A DNA stretch of 20,000 nucleotides, taken from Tilletiaria anomala UBC 951 (lineage: Eukaryota). The translations under genes and the position numbers were made by a program. The stretch covers positions 240,880 through 260,879 of the forward strand of contig NW_013547013.1 of the NCBI RefSeq assembly GCF_000711695.1, in the 5' to 3' direction. Shown here piece after piece: positions 9,350-20,000 of this stretch; within the stretch, counting starts at the first letter, position 1; each line of letters begins with the position of its first letter. The notes below the pieces were generated by a model. That model was not told where the DNA came from, searched no databases, and saw only the letters and a program-made list of their open reading frames with translations.

Positions 9350-12300
9350 ATGTCCGGTCCTCAGCGACCCTCTCTCGCTGGAGGGACTGACTGCGGCACC
9401 AATGCCAGCACCAGTGGGAGCAATAGTGTCAGCCGAAGCAGCAGCTTGTCGAAAGGCGCTGGAGATGCAAAGGCCAGATGGAAGGCGCTGTTCGGAGACA
9501 AGACTGTTCATATCGACAGTATCGACGACGGCATGTGGGACAATGTGAGTGTTGCATTTCCTCGGTAGCTGTTCAGCGACCGCAGAGCATTGCTCACGCT
9601 CTGAATGACCGCTCTTTCCTTTCCTTGCGGGTTCAAAAGAATGACGAGCACTTCCTCGAAGAGATTGCTCGAGAGCGTGGCCCTGGGTCGAGCGCCAATG
9701 GCAGTGCAGATGGACACAGCTCCTCTCATGGGCACAGTCACGGGAAGCTGCAACGCAGCTCGTCTTCCGCTTCGCTCTCAGCGCTGTCAGCGGGCGGAGA
9801 CGATTCGTACGGCCGCTCACCGCGAGGTCATGCCCCGAATCCTAGTTGTGTTGGACGCAATGCTTATCCCCCGAGAGCTGGTGGTCATCGCGGTCTGCAC
9901 TCCTCACGACCTCCATCCGCGACTGGCCATCGGCCCAGTGCAAGCTCCAGTGGCGGTGGTGGGAATGCTGGCTCATCTGCAAAACAAAGATCGTCATCTC
10001 TCAACAGGCGATCTTCCATTTCCTCGCTGAAGGGCTCAGCCAGCACAGGAGCGCCTCCGCAGCTAGCCTCGGTATTCTCATCGTCGCTGTCACAAAACGA
10101 CCATGGGGGCGGCTACAAGGGAAGATCGAGTATTGACTCGGACAATGGCAGCATCAGATCCATCAGGTCGTTCACCAGCGGCATGGCGCCTGCTCCTCAG
10201 CGAAAAGCCCCTCCTACCGGGCCGCTCCCGCCACTGCCGCCTGGTGCCAAGCCACAAGCGCCACCTGCGCTGCCAGGGAAGGACAAAGCGCCATCAAGTG
10301 GCGCCAGGGACATGTCTTTTCTGCGCTTTTCAGCAGCAGACATCAAAGTTCCTTCTATCAACTCCAACACTTCGTCCTCCTCTCAGCCGCTCTCCGCCAC
10401 AACGCAGGCGACCACACCCTCCACTGCGTCGTCAACGCACACCAACGGCGGAGCTCGTTCATCTCCGCATTCGACACCTTCATTAGCAACGAATGCACTG
10501 CCGATCCTAGCGTCGCCGGTGCGCTTCAACGAGCACGATCGCAGCCTAGAATTCCGGCCCAATGAACTCTTCGAGACGCTCAATGTTGATGAAGAGCCGG
10601 AGAGTGATCGTGAAAACGCTAGCGTTGCATCGAGCCGACCCTTTTATGACGATCGCGAGCGACCCAGCTCACGGACAGCTACCAGAGCTGCAAGTAATAA
10701 CACGGCAAGTGGGAAGGTGAATACGATTTCTGTTAACACTACACCTGTCTCTTTACGACGAGGTCCACTGCCTCCGCCACCCCAGCAGCTGCATATAAAT
10801 AGCGGCGCTGGCAGTTTCGATCGCAGCAGCTCGCGCTCCAATGCGTGCTTTGGTGATGGAGACTATAGCAGCCGGGAGGCGTCGCCCATCGACCTGGGGT
10901 TTGCGCGGCTGGGCATCGATGACCTTAAGACGTCTTTCAATGCATACAAAATCGGAACTCCTACCAGCTTGCCGGTCCCATCGGCTCTTACGATCGCCAT
11001 TGGTCACGGCGGCAGCGTCAGCTCCACGGAGGACAGGGAGAAGGACATGAACCGGTCCGTCATCTCGCCCTTTGCGCAGCCTATGCCGATGCAGAATTAT
11101 TCACTTACGCGCACGCCTGGACGGCCATTGAATGCGGTACCTTCGGGGGCGATGGACATTATGGACAGCATATCCGTCTTGACCAGCGCGAACAGTGAAG
11201 CCGAATCTAGTAATCTCGTTTCCCAGTCACTGTCGGAAAGGGAACGAGAGTGGGAGCGGCGCGATTCGCAGCAAAAATCGATCGATGAGCCGTATGAGAC
11301 CGATCAGGTGGTCGAGAAGCTTATTGCGAGTGGGCTCTTACCGCACGGCTGGGCTGGTGGGTCATTAGGGAGCGCACCCCGATACGCCAACATCGCTCTG
11401 AGCTCGTCCGTGCCGATTGGAAATCTGAGTGTGAATGACAAAGAAAAGATGCCTTCCGCCAAGTTGGGCAACAATGGCCTGCTCAGCGGGCTCAAAAGGC
11501 GTTTTGGAGCAAGCGGCTCCTCAACTGGGACCTCTCTGCTCAAGTCGAGCTCAAGGGACAGGGCTCTGCCGTCCAGCTCCCCAACGTCGCAACGAAAAGT
11601 GCACAGCGATGTACACATTGTAGGCAAATTCAAGCCTGCGTCTGGTATGGACGCCATGTCGCTCGCAGGACTTTACCTTTCTTCGCAGGCAGACCAGGGG
11701 AAAAGGCGGAAGGACGCACAGGCGGCCGGAAGCATAGATGATGATTCGGCTGGCCACCTGGGAAGCGCGGGATCATTCATGCCCATGGCGTCGCCGGCTC
11801 CATATTCGGCCTCACACGACGATTACCCCAGGTACGAGCAGTCTCCGAGGTCAGAACTCGCGACTGTGCCTTTGTATGCATTTGAGGCAGACATGGCGTG
11901 CAGACCTCTGCCTCAACCGTCTACAGATGGCTTGGGGGGTCGCAAGCCAATACGAGCGCTAAGCAGCGACAATATTCATGATCGCGACTCGCAAGCAGCA
12001 CGCAGTTATCTCCCGCACCATCCGCCGAGCTCCCGCCGGCTTGGGCCATGGGTTAGGGCCTTTCCAGTTCCGGCGGGGCGGGGGGCGCAGCAGGCAGCGA
12101 CGCCGCCATCGGATGTCTATCGTAAGGGTAGCGTCCCTTCCCTCCGGAGCAAGGGAGATAGCTTGGATGATATGGGGAAGAAGCTCAACATTCAGCAGAC
12201 GACCGGTCCTGTCGCTGCCTCGCAGCCTGCTGCTGAGGCACCCGAAACACTGATGCCGTTGCCGCCACCGCTGTTGCCACTACCACCAACAGCAACAGCA

Positions 12301-13761
12301 ACCTCCACGGATGAGTCACAAGCGCCCAATGAAGCGCCTTCTGTTGCTCGACCCACCATGTTGCTGGATGTCCGCTTGCCTCCTTCGCCTGCTCTATCCA
12401 ATCAATCTTCGCAAGCTCCCCACACGCCGCATACACGGATCTCGGGCCACTCGTCAATCGTGGACGCATACATGGACTCACTGTACAGCCCTGGCATGCT
12501 TTCTTCCAGTACGCACGACTCGTTTCCGCTCTCTGCCAATTCGATGGCCGCACGGCCGCGGGAGTCGTCGGCGCCGTCGTTGTTGAGCGAATCTAGTGAA
12601 CTGCTATCGCCATCAGGCAAGCCCCCTCCGCGTCCTCCGAAGGCCGCGAGTCGCGAGGCGAGGATGCGCCCAGGCAGCGTTCAATCCCTCCAGATGGTGG
12701 CAGACGGTGTTGGTGCCTCGGGCAGCTCCCATTACTCTGCAAGACTGTCCTTCGGCGGCTCTGCCTCCGGAACTGGTCCGTTGTCATCCCCAATGGAAGA
12801 GGCGAATCCACGACGCCCTTCCACCGCACAGCCCAAGCGTGTGAGCACATCTTCGCAGTTGCAATGGCAGGTGGGGGCCAGATCGATGGGGTTGTCTCAG
12901 CACAGCTCGCCTTTGCTATCCGCTGGTCTGCCACCAGAGCCCTCATCGCTGCAGATGCCGTGCAGTCCCATCGGCCTCGGCGTGGTCAACTCGAGACCGG
13001 CTTCATCTGGGGTACGGCCGCTATCCACCACCTCAACGTCTGGGCTGGCCGACTCGACCTTTTTTGCGCCGGATACCCTGCTTCCCGCTGCCAACCTTAC
13101 TGGAGATGCCAATCGCAACCGGAGCAATTCCAATCCCACGCATGCGGATCTGCATGACCTCACGAGCAGATTCTCGACGCCGACCGACCTGCCTGCTGCA
13201 ACAATGCAACGCAGGCAATCGAACAGCAGCGAGAGTGGCGTCAACGGCGTACAAGCGCGGTATCCGCAGGTGCGGCGCAAGCGCCCTGCTTTCGGGCTGA
13301 ATGTTGCTCCAAGTGCGGCTGCGGCGTTCGATTCGATCCCTTCGCCAGATCTGACGGCCAGTTTCGCTCGCTCACCTCGTTCACCATCGATAGGCGTCTT
13401 CTCACCCGTGCGTGACTCATCCGACCGGCCCGGGCCAGATGATGCGCCGACCAGCCCTGGCCTCGACGATGTCGAGTTCATCGACGACGACCACGACCCG
13501 GTGACTGTCCAGACGATCCCCGTCGACACGGACGAGGATGACGACCACGAGCTTGAGACACGGCCGCTGCGCCTTCGACACAACTCGCAGCTGACAAAGG
13601 GATTTGAGCTGCGGCAAGGGCAACATCAGCAGCAGGCGAGACGGGAGTCGAGGGATACAGGATCGATCGAGCTTGCCAGGTCGCCTGCAAAGCTTCGGCA
13701 TCGTTCGTCTACTGCTTCCCTGAATGACCTGCAGCAGGGCCGAAGCTACGCGTTCGTCTAA
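9350..13761 (+). CDS. Large Ser/Pro-rich low-complexity (predicted disordered) hypothetical protein, ~1440 aa; exons 9350-9544 and ~9640-13761
   Basis: A 4.2-kb stop-free ORF ends ...QGRSYAFV* (TAA 13759-13761). A short first exon starts at GCCATGT 9350 and ends at a GTGAGT donor (9545). The likely phase-0 acceptor is AAG at 9637-9639 after a polypyrimidine tract, and CAG at 9585 is an in-frame alternative. No catalytic domain was recognised. Confidence 0.85.
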
Positions 13762-14500
13762 TCCTTCAGTCGGTCAATCTGGGCGGTGAAGGGCGTGTCT
13801 GAATACTGGCATGCAATTGTTTTTAATATATTGCTAATCAGCTGCATACACTTTGACCATGTATATGTGCATGAGAAAGAGCAAGCCTGCTCGTCATCTG
13901 CGCACAGGACGGACAAGTCCAACCATGTCAATTACTGAATATGCATACGCACACCTGGAAGTCTATAGTCTTTCTTCTCTGTCAACGGAGAAAGTAATAC
14001 AGAAAGAAAGACCAAAATGACTCTCCCTCTCGATCGCTGATGGCAATTGGTGGCTGGCTGGTGTGAATGATTACTTGCTTTTCGCCGCGCTCTGTTACTT
14101 TCAGCGCAACCAAAGCTCGCGCTCAACTCGACTTGGCTTTGGGGTCGTCCATATAACCAAGCGCGGTCCATCCTTTCATTGCATGCGCCTCACGGTCCCA
14201 CGCAGGCTGAGCTAGGTCGAGCTCAGCACATGCCGTAGTCTGCTCAGTTGGCGAGGATACACAGACGCGCTCAGCAGGCAAGCAGAGACGCGATGCTGCC
14301 GTGCTGATGGCAGCGCGCCGCTTTCAAGTACATCCTCTGTCTGCCGCTCAGAGTGCAGGAACGCATATTTGCGACCGCAAACGAACACCCTCTTGTCGTT
14401 GCGCACGGCATCGTGTCGCGACGACGCTTAGACACAGAGTCAGCCCGACGCCGACTGCTCGGTGTCCGCGCTCACATCCGATCAGAAGCTCCCTAACGCG

Positions 14501-16774
14501 ATGAGCCGTTCTGAAGAAGAGAGCGACCAGGAGGAAGAATCGTCGGCACTGTACTTTTTACCGAAAGGGAGCTCTGAGCACTTAAGGGCTGGATCAAAGG
14601 CGCAGGATTATCTGGCTGGCATACCCTCAGCAGGAGCAGTAGCGGCGGCAGCGAGCAGCCATTTCGCCAGTGGACCAGCACGCGAGACTTCGCCGCTGCG
14701 TGGCCCAGATTGGAAAGGCAAGCAACGCTCCAACAATCACCTCGGCTACGAGTCTGCCTCCTCGAGCAACACAAATCTTGCGTCAATGAGCCGGAGTAGC
14801 AGCCAGCGCGATATGGTGGTACCTGTCGCGAGCGGGAGCAGGGTCCCCAAGGCGTGCATGAGGGCGTCAAAAGCCAGAGCCTCGGACGATGGCGACGGAG
14901 GAGATGGATCCGAGGACAATGATGAGGGCTTCCTGAGCTATGGTGCCGGCTTTGACGCTCATGAACACCGCAGCAGCGAGCAGATCCCCACACTGAAATG
15001 GTTAGTGGGAGGCTCGCACAAGATGCTAGATGGGACCCTGCTACAACACCTGCCGAGGATCGCCACGCGTCCTGGCGGCAAGTCGCGAAGACAAGGATAC
15101 TCGGAATACAGCACTGTGGAGATGGATGGCGGCGATAAGAGCTCACAGGCGAGTCTAGAGCTGCGGATACACACGGCTGAGCAGAGAAAGAGGGAGTATT
15201 GGCGTTCGGCTCTGGCGAATGCCTCCCTTATTTTGAGCTGGTGTGAGTAGGCGTTTCTGATGCTTCGCTCAATGCGTCTTGCGTATACTGATTGATATCA
15301 TTCCGTTCTGCCTCCGCAAGACTTCTTTTCGACGATGATATCCGTCTACAACAAGTGGATGTTTTCAACAGCGCACTATAAATTTTCTTATCCCCTCTTC
15401 GTAACGTCGGCGCACATGATCATCCAGTTCATCTTCTCTGGACTCCTCCTTTATTTTTGCGGCGATCGCTTCATTGCACGCAAGCCAAACGGGCAACGAC
15501 CAAGGCCGAGCTTCCGGGATTGGGCGTGGGTGTGCACATCCTTGCAACAACCTGCACTGTACGGATGGAAAGCTGAAAGCGACGTTTACCTTCACCTTGA
15601 CACAGCTCAAAAATCGCGCCTTGTGCGCTGGCGACTGCTGTCGACATTGGCTTGTCCAATCTGAGCCTTAAGACGATCACGTTAACGTTCTATAGTGAGC
15701 GACGCGAAATGCGAGGCGGCCCATGCGAGACCTTGAGCTGACAGCTTCCTCCATCGCAGCCATGTGCAAGTCCTCGAACCTTGCCTTTGTCCTTCTCTTC
15801 GCCTTTCTCTTCAGATTGGAAGTGATCCGATGGCGTCTTGTGGGAATTATCGCACTGATCACGGCCGGCGTGATCATGATGGTCGCAGCCGAGACGAAGT
15901 TGGTGCTGGTCGGAGCAGTGGAGGTCCTGACGGCCTCCGCAATGGGCGGCTTGCGCTGGGCGCTGACACAGATGCTCATCGACCGTGAAGGCATGGGGCT
16001 CAACCATCCCGTTGCGACGATCTATTGGCTGTCGCCGATCATGGCTTGCGGCCTCGTCGGCGCGAGCCTTGCGTTTGAGAACTGGCACAAAATCCTCGGC
16101 GGGCCTTTCTTCCACGGCGTCGTCCGCTCCTTGCGCACGTTGGGCCTGATCACGCTGCCGGGCCTGCTTGCGTTCTGCATGAATCTCAGCGAGTTTGCGC
16201 TGATCCGCCGTACCTCGGTCGTCACGCTCTCCGTCGCGGGTATCTTTAAGGAGGTGCTGACGGTGATCGTCGCGAGCACCATCTTCGGCGACGAGCTGAC
16301 ACCGATCAACATCACCGGCCTGTGCATCACCCTCATCGGCATCGGCCTGTACAACTGGCTGCGCTTCAGGATACTCACCAAGAGCAGCACGATACTACAG
16401 AGTGGCGCTCGGCATGGGGGCGAGACATATGGGCAATTGCCTGGCGGAGAGTTCTCCGAGCGCGCAGCATTCGAGGTAGACGGCGGCGAGGATGAGGTAG
16501 CAGGAGGTGCTGCATCCTCGCGCTCCCACAGCCGCGCGCCGTCCATTGCCATGTCCGAGACACGCATGGCCGACGCGGAGCTTAGCGAGGCGGAGAAGGA
16601 GCGCCGACGGAAACGCGAGGAGGAAGCGAATATGGCCGGCTGGGCGACGAGTGGTGAGCCTGCCATGTGCTTCAGTCTGCTTTGTTCCGCATAAATGCTA
16701 ACTATTTTCGATGTCTACCCCGACCAGGCTTCACCTCCACTGGCAATGGCCTCGTAGATACAGATGAGGATTGA
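14501..16774 (+). CDS. Triose-phosphate transporter (TPT/DMT) family nucleotide-sugar transporter, SLC35C2/Ymd8-like, ~658 aa; exons 14501-15242, 15321-15525, 15606-15694, 15760-16653, 16728-16774
   Basis: The spliced product contains SWYFFSTMISVYNKWMF, YPLFVTSAHMIIQF, APCALATAVDIGLSNLSLKTITLTFYTMCKSS, GLRWALTQML, SEFALIRRTSVVTLSVAGIFKEV and multiple hydrophobic helices. Four GT-AG introns with branch-like sites give a 1977-nt in-frame CDS. Confidence 0.92.
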
Positions 16775-16941
16775 CCGTGACCCGTTGTCCCGTCTGCAAG
16801 CTCATACACGGTATCGGTCTATTCATACACAATTTCATCGCACGGGCGTGTGCCACTTGTAATTCTAGTGCATTTTTGTTTGCGTCGGATGGCAAAAAGG
16901 ACTCGGGTATCATGTTAGCTTCCGTCGCGGGTCTCTGTATC

Positions 16942-18553
16942 TCATGTGCATAAAATGCGTCGCCCTTCGGAGATGCAGTAGTGCGAGAGTAGGAGATTGA
17001 GCTCTTCCACCTCGTCGAGGCCCTCGACTTTCGACAGTCTGCGGACGGAGCGAAAAGGTCCAGTCGTTCAGCGAACAATAGGCGATTAGGAAGTGAACAC
17101 AGTTTCAGTCACCAAGCGGGTCTACGCACCGATCACGTTCGCCCGCGTCGAGTCCTTCCCAGATGCTGCGCAAGCTCGTTGCCTGCACGCTCACCTCCGC
17201 CGGTGTCTCACGCTTATTTCCTTCTAGCTCTCGTTCCGGCAATGGCGACAGCGTCCTGCGGAGCCGCTCTGCATGCATATGCGGCAGCGTCGTCGCTTTC
17301 GCGCCGGGTATGTCCAGGCGCCGCGCTCGCAAGTTCTGCAGCATGACCTGGCCGAACTCAGAGACAATTGCCTGCTGCTCGCCGTCCGACGCAGAGCGCT
17401 GTTGCAGGTCGCCGCCGAGGCAGATGTCGTAGCTGAGCACCGCGACGTGCGGGCACGTGCGCAGCAAGTCGCGCAGCAGCCAGCCAAGCAGCGCGTCCGA
17501 TGTCGACGGCTCGAGATAGGAGAGGACACACTCAAGCAGGACGACGGTCGGCAAGCTCGGGTCGATGGCTTCACGTAAAACTGCGCGTGCTTCTGAGGGT
17601 GCGGTGTCAGAAGAAGAAGAGGATGAGTGAGGAGGGGGATGTGCTAGATGCCGGAGGTCAATCGGAAGGAGGTGATACCCGCTGCGCGCGGCATGCAGCT
17701 CTGTACCGTCCATGGTGATCTGCACACCTGTCTCCTGCGTCAGAGGCAAGGGTGGCGTTGCACCATTCGTCAGAGGAGTTGCAAGGGCAGCCGAGCGCGA
17801 TATGCTTCGAATTTTGCTAGCGGTCAGTTGGGGGAAGTCGACCTCGACGTATCGCTCAAGATGCTGCGAGTTACCCGATGGATCCGTCGACGCTGCGAGC
17901 CTCCAGAAGCGATCATCGCTGCCTGCGCCCAAGCTGATGACCTGCTTGCCTTTCCGCTTGCCTTTTACGCTTCCGGATGATGCGAGGGACGCCCGGACGC
18001 GCTTGTCCATACACGTGCAGCGCAGGTACGTCCCGACGTTGATCAAGGGCGGCCTGCGTGCTGCGACATGCGACGCGACGGGCACGGCCGCGTGCGATCC
18101 AGGCACGAGCTTCCACCCAGCCTGTGCGCTACTGGCCGCGGACAGAAGCTCGGCTGAAAACGCGTTGGGAGGCAGGTAGCCGGCCGCGATGGCGGACAGG
18201 CGCGAGAGGAGCGCATCCGAGTCTGTGGAGCGCACCGCGTCGTCCGGCGTCGGTGTGCCGGCTATGGAGCTCGGGCCAGAGGCTGAGGGAGAGACGGAAA
18301 GGGATGCCTTACGAGAAGCCCCGAGGTTCAATGCTAGCAACCCTGGTTGCATGCGGCCGGCGCCGCCTTTGGAACAGGCCAGGCCCAAGGAAAGGCCAGT
18401 TGCAGCCCCCCGGCTGGCGCCTCGATCTCCCTGTCCCTGGGGGCGGGGTACTGCGCCGTGCTGCTGTGCATCTTGTCCACCGTCATCGCCTGCAAAGTCG
18501 AGCGGATCACGCAGCGGTGCGGGCATGGTGCATGGGTCTACCCTCTCGTCCAT
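16942..18553 (-). CDS. PPM1: Leucine carboxyl methyltransferase 1 (PP2A C-subunit methyltransferase, LCMT1), ~500 aa; exons 18553(or 18526)-17130 and 17038-16942
   Basis: Motifs DDAVRSTDSDALLSRLSAIAAGYL, RRPPLINVGTYLR, QVISLGAGSD (SAM-binding), YVEVDFP, IDLR, LECVLSYL and FGQVMLQNL. Intron 17129-17039 (GTGCGT..GCAG) adds LSKVEGLDEVEELNLLLSHYCI. There are no Kelch repeats, so this is PPM1 and not PPM2/TYW4. The start codon is uncertain. Confidence 0.93.
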
Positions 18554-18942
18554 GTCCCTATGCCTCCGCCATGGCGTCTCCACGCCTTGGAAGGGCGCCG
18601 TCCGCAGGGAAGGGGGAGGTCTCTGTCAGAAGAAAGTAAGGCCTCGGCGACTTTTGCCGGGTGCTCGGTAATTTTCTGACGTCAGCGGTGGCGTAACCCC
18701 TTGGGACTGGGCTGGTGCCATTGTGCCGATGGGGCTCGGCGATAGCACGCAAGCAGGAAACCCATCTATCAGATGGATACACATGATGCGATCCAGCTCC
18801 ATCTGGAGAGATAAGCTATGTATGTACAGTCCAGTGCACACCATATAACCGAGCCCCCCCTGTTGCACCCAAGATAACTGGGCCTACAAGTCACACCCTC
18901 ACACACTTGGCGCTCGAGTATCGGCGTCTCGATCGACCAACC
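18554..18942. promoter_or_regulatory. Compact bidirectional promoter between PPM1 and the divergent ORF, containing a CRE palindrome
   Basis: Head-to-head ATGs lie ~390 nt apart. A perfect CTGACGTCAG palindrome (ATF/CREB bZIP site TGACGTCA) sits at 18676-18685. Confidence 0.55.
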
Positions 18943-20000
18943 ATGGCCGCTAGCGCACTCATCAGCAACCCCTCGTTGTCGCCCGCCGCGCTGATGCGCT
19001 CGTCGGGAACCAGCAGCTGCCTCAGCTGCCTACCGCCATGGCGGGTGAGGCAGCCGCAGAAGCGTCTGTACGCCACGCCCGTCAACCCCTCCTCGTCCGT
19101 CGACGTTTTTCTCGGCATCGCCACCCCGCCGCCGCCGCGTCCGGCCGAACGGAGGTCGGAGCGGAGTGTGGAGATGGACGTGCTTGCCTCGACTTCAAGG
19201 CGCGGCAGTGCCAGTGCTAGCGGTGCCGGTAGCCCCGACAGGCAAAGGAAGCCTATCGAAAATACGCCTTCGCCAGAAGATGAGCTCGCGCATATCCTCG
19301 AGGGCGGCAAGCCGTCGGCAGCGTCCTCCCATCGCTTGTTGAGCGGCCGTCCATTCACACGCGAGGGCATGTCCGAAAGCCGGCGAAGTGCCATCCTCGC
19401 CGAGCTCAAAGGCACCACGATCTCATCCGATCAGAAGAGGCGTGGCGCTCCTCATATGTCTCACTACTCACCGCCGCCACCTCCGGAGTCTGCAGCAGGT
19501 GGCCGGGACAAAGGCATGCCAGTCGATCGGGAGCACCCGCACGCGATCGACGAGATGCAGGGTCGCAACAAGCTGCACGAGCGGATCCTGCAGGCTGCCC
19601 GGGCCCTGTATCATCACCGCATTCGCATTCGCAGTCACAGCCGCAGCAACCCCACTCAGCACGCCGCAGACCTCCCCAGCTTGCTGACGCAGTTTGAACA
19701 GCGGGCGTACCACCAGCTCGGCATTGAGCTTCCCTATGAGCCGACGCCGTCGCATGCTCGGCGCGTTCCGCTCACCAGCTGCAGTTCATCCAATGAGGAC
19801 CTCGAGCGCGCTGGAGATGACGGTGTGCTGCTCGTCGCGTACGTCTTCGGCGGCCTTGCAGCCGGACCGTCCTCCGCCGCCGAGAATGCGCAGCCGCCGC
19901 GGCTACCAGCGCGCGGAACGGTGAGCATCACGGTCTGCTCTGGGTTCGCCGTCCAAGGCGGCGAGCGCATGCAGGACTACGATAACGGCCAGGGCAAAGG
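18943..20000 (+). CDS. Probable mitochondrial-targeted protein, 3'-truncated; possibly a basidiomycete trypsin-like (Trypsin_2) peptidase-domain protein
   Basis: The frame from ACCATGG 18943 is open for 352 codons to the window end (it is absent from the ORF track, presumably because no stop is reached). The N-terminus is acid-free and Ser/Arg/Leu-rich, ending KRLY|AT. Later segments LGIELPY, DDGVLLVAYV and SITVCSGFAV resemble the first strands of a PA-clan protease. The catalytic residues would lie beyond the window. Confidence 0.75.
   Translation, partial: MAASALISNPSLSPAALMRSSGTSSCLSCLPPWRVRQPQKRLYATPVNPSSSVDVFLGIATPPPPRPAERRSERSVEMDVLASTSRRGSASASGAGSPDRQRKPIENTPSPEDELAHILEGGKPSAASSHRLLSGRPFTREGMSESRRSAILAELKGTTISSDQKRRGAPHMSHYSPPPPPESAAGGRDKGMPVDREHPHAIDEMQGRNKLHERILQAARALYHHRIRIRSHSRSNPTQHAADLPSLLTQFEQRAYHQLGIELPYEPTPSHARRVPLTSCSSSNEDLERAGDDGVLLVAYVFGGLAAGPSSAAENAQPPRLPARGTVSITVCSGFAVQGGERMQDYDNGQGK

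Overview
This is a GC-rich, intron-containing fungal genomic window. Intron signals, codon usage and protein style suggest a basidiomycete, probably Ustilaginomycotina (inference). In order it contains: the 3' part of YIF1 (+), a decayed multi-exon glutathione S-transferase pseudogene (-) that the ORF track mostly misses, acetyl-CoA synthetase (+, 4 exons, with an unusually long 449-nt first intron), a ~2.8-kb intergenic region with a ~100-nt fold-back hairpin, a ~1440-aa Ser/Pro-rich disordered protein (+), a TPT-family/SLC35C2-like nucleotide-sugar transporter (+, 5 exons), the PP2A leucine carboxyl methyltransferase PPM1 (-, 2 exons), and the 5' end of a probable mitochondrial protein (+, possibly trypsin-like) divergent from PPM1. 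I see no tRNA, rRNA, CRISPR array or intact transposon, and no clear novel multi-gene system. The best leads are the GST pseudogene, the ACS intron 1 and the intergenic hairpin cluster.
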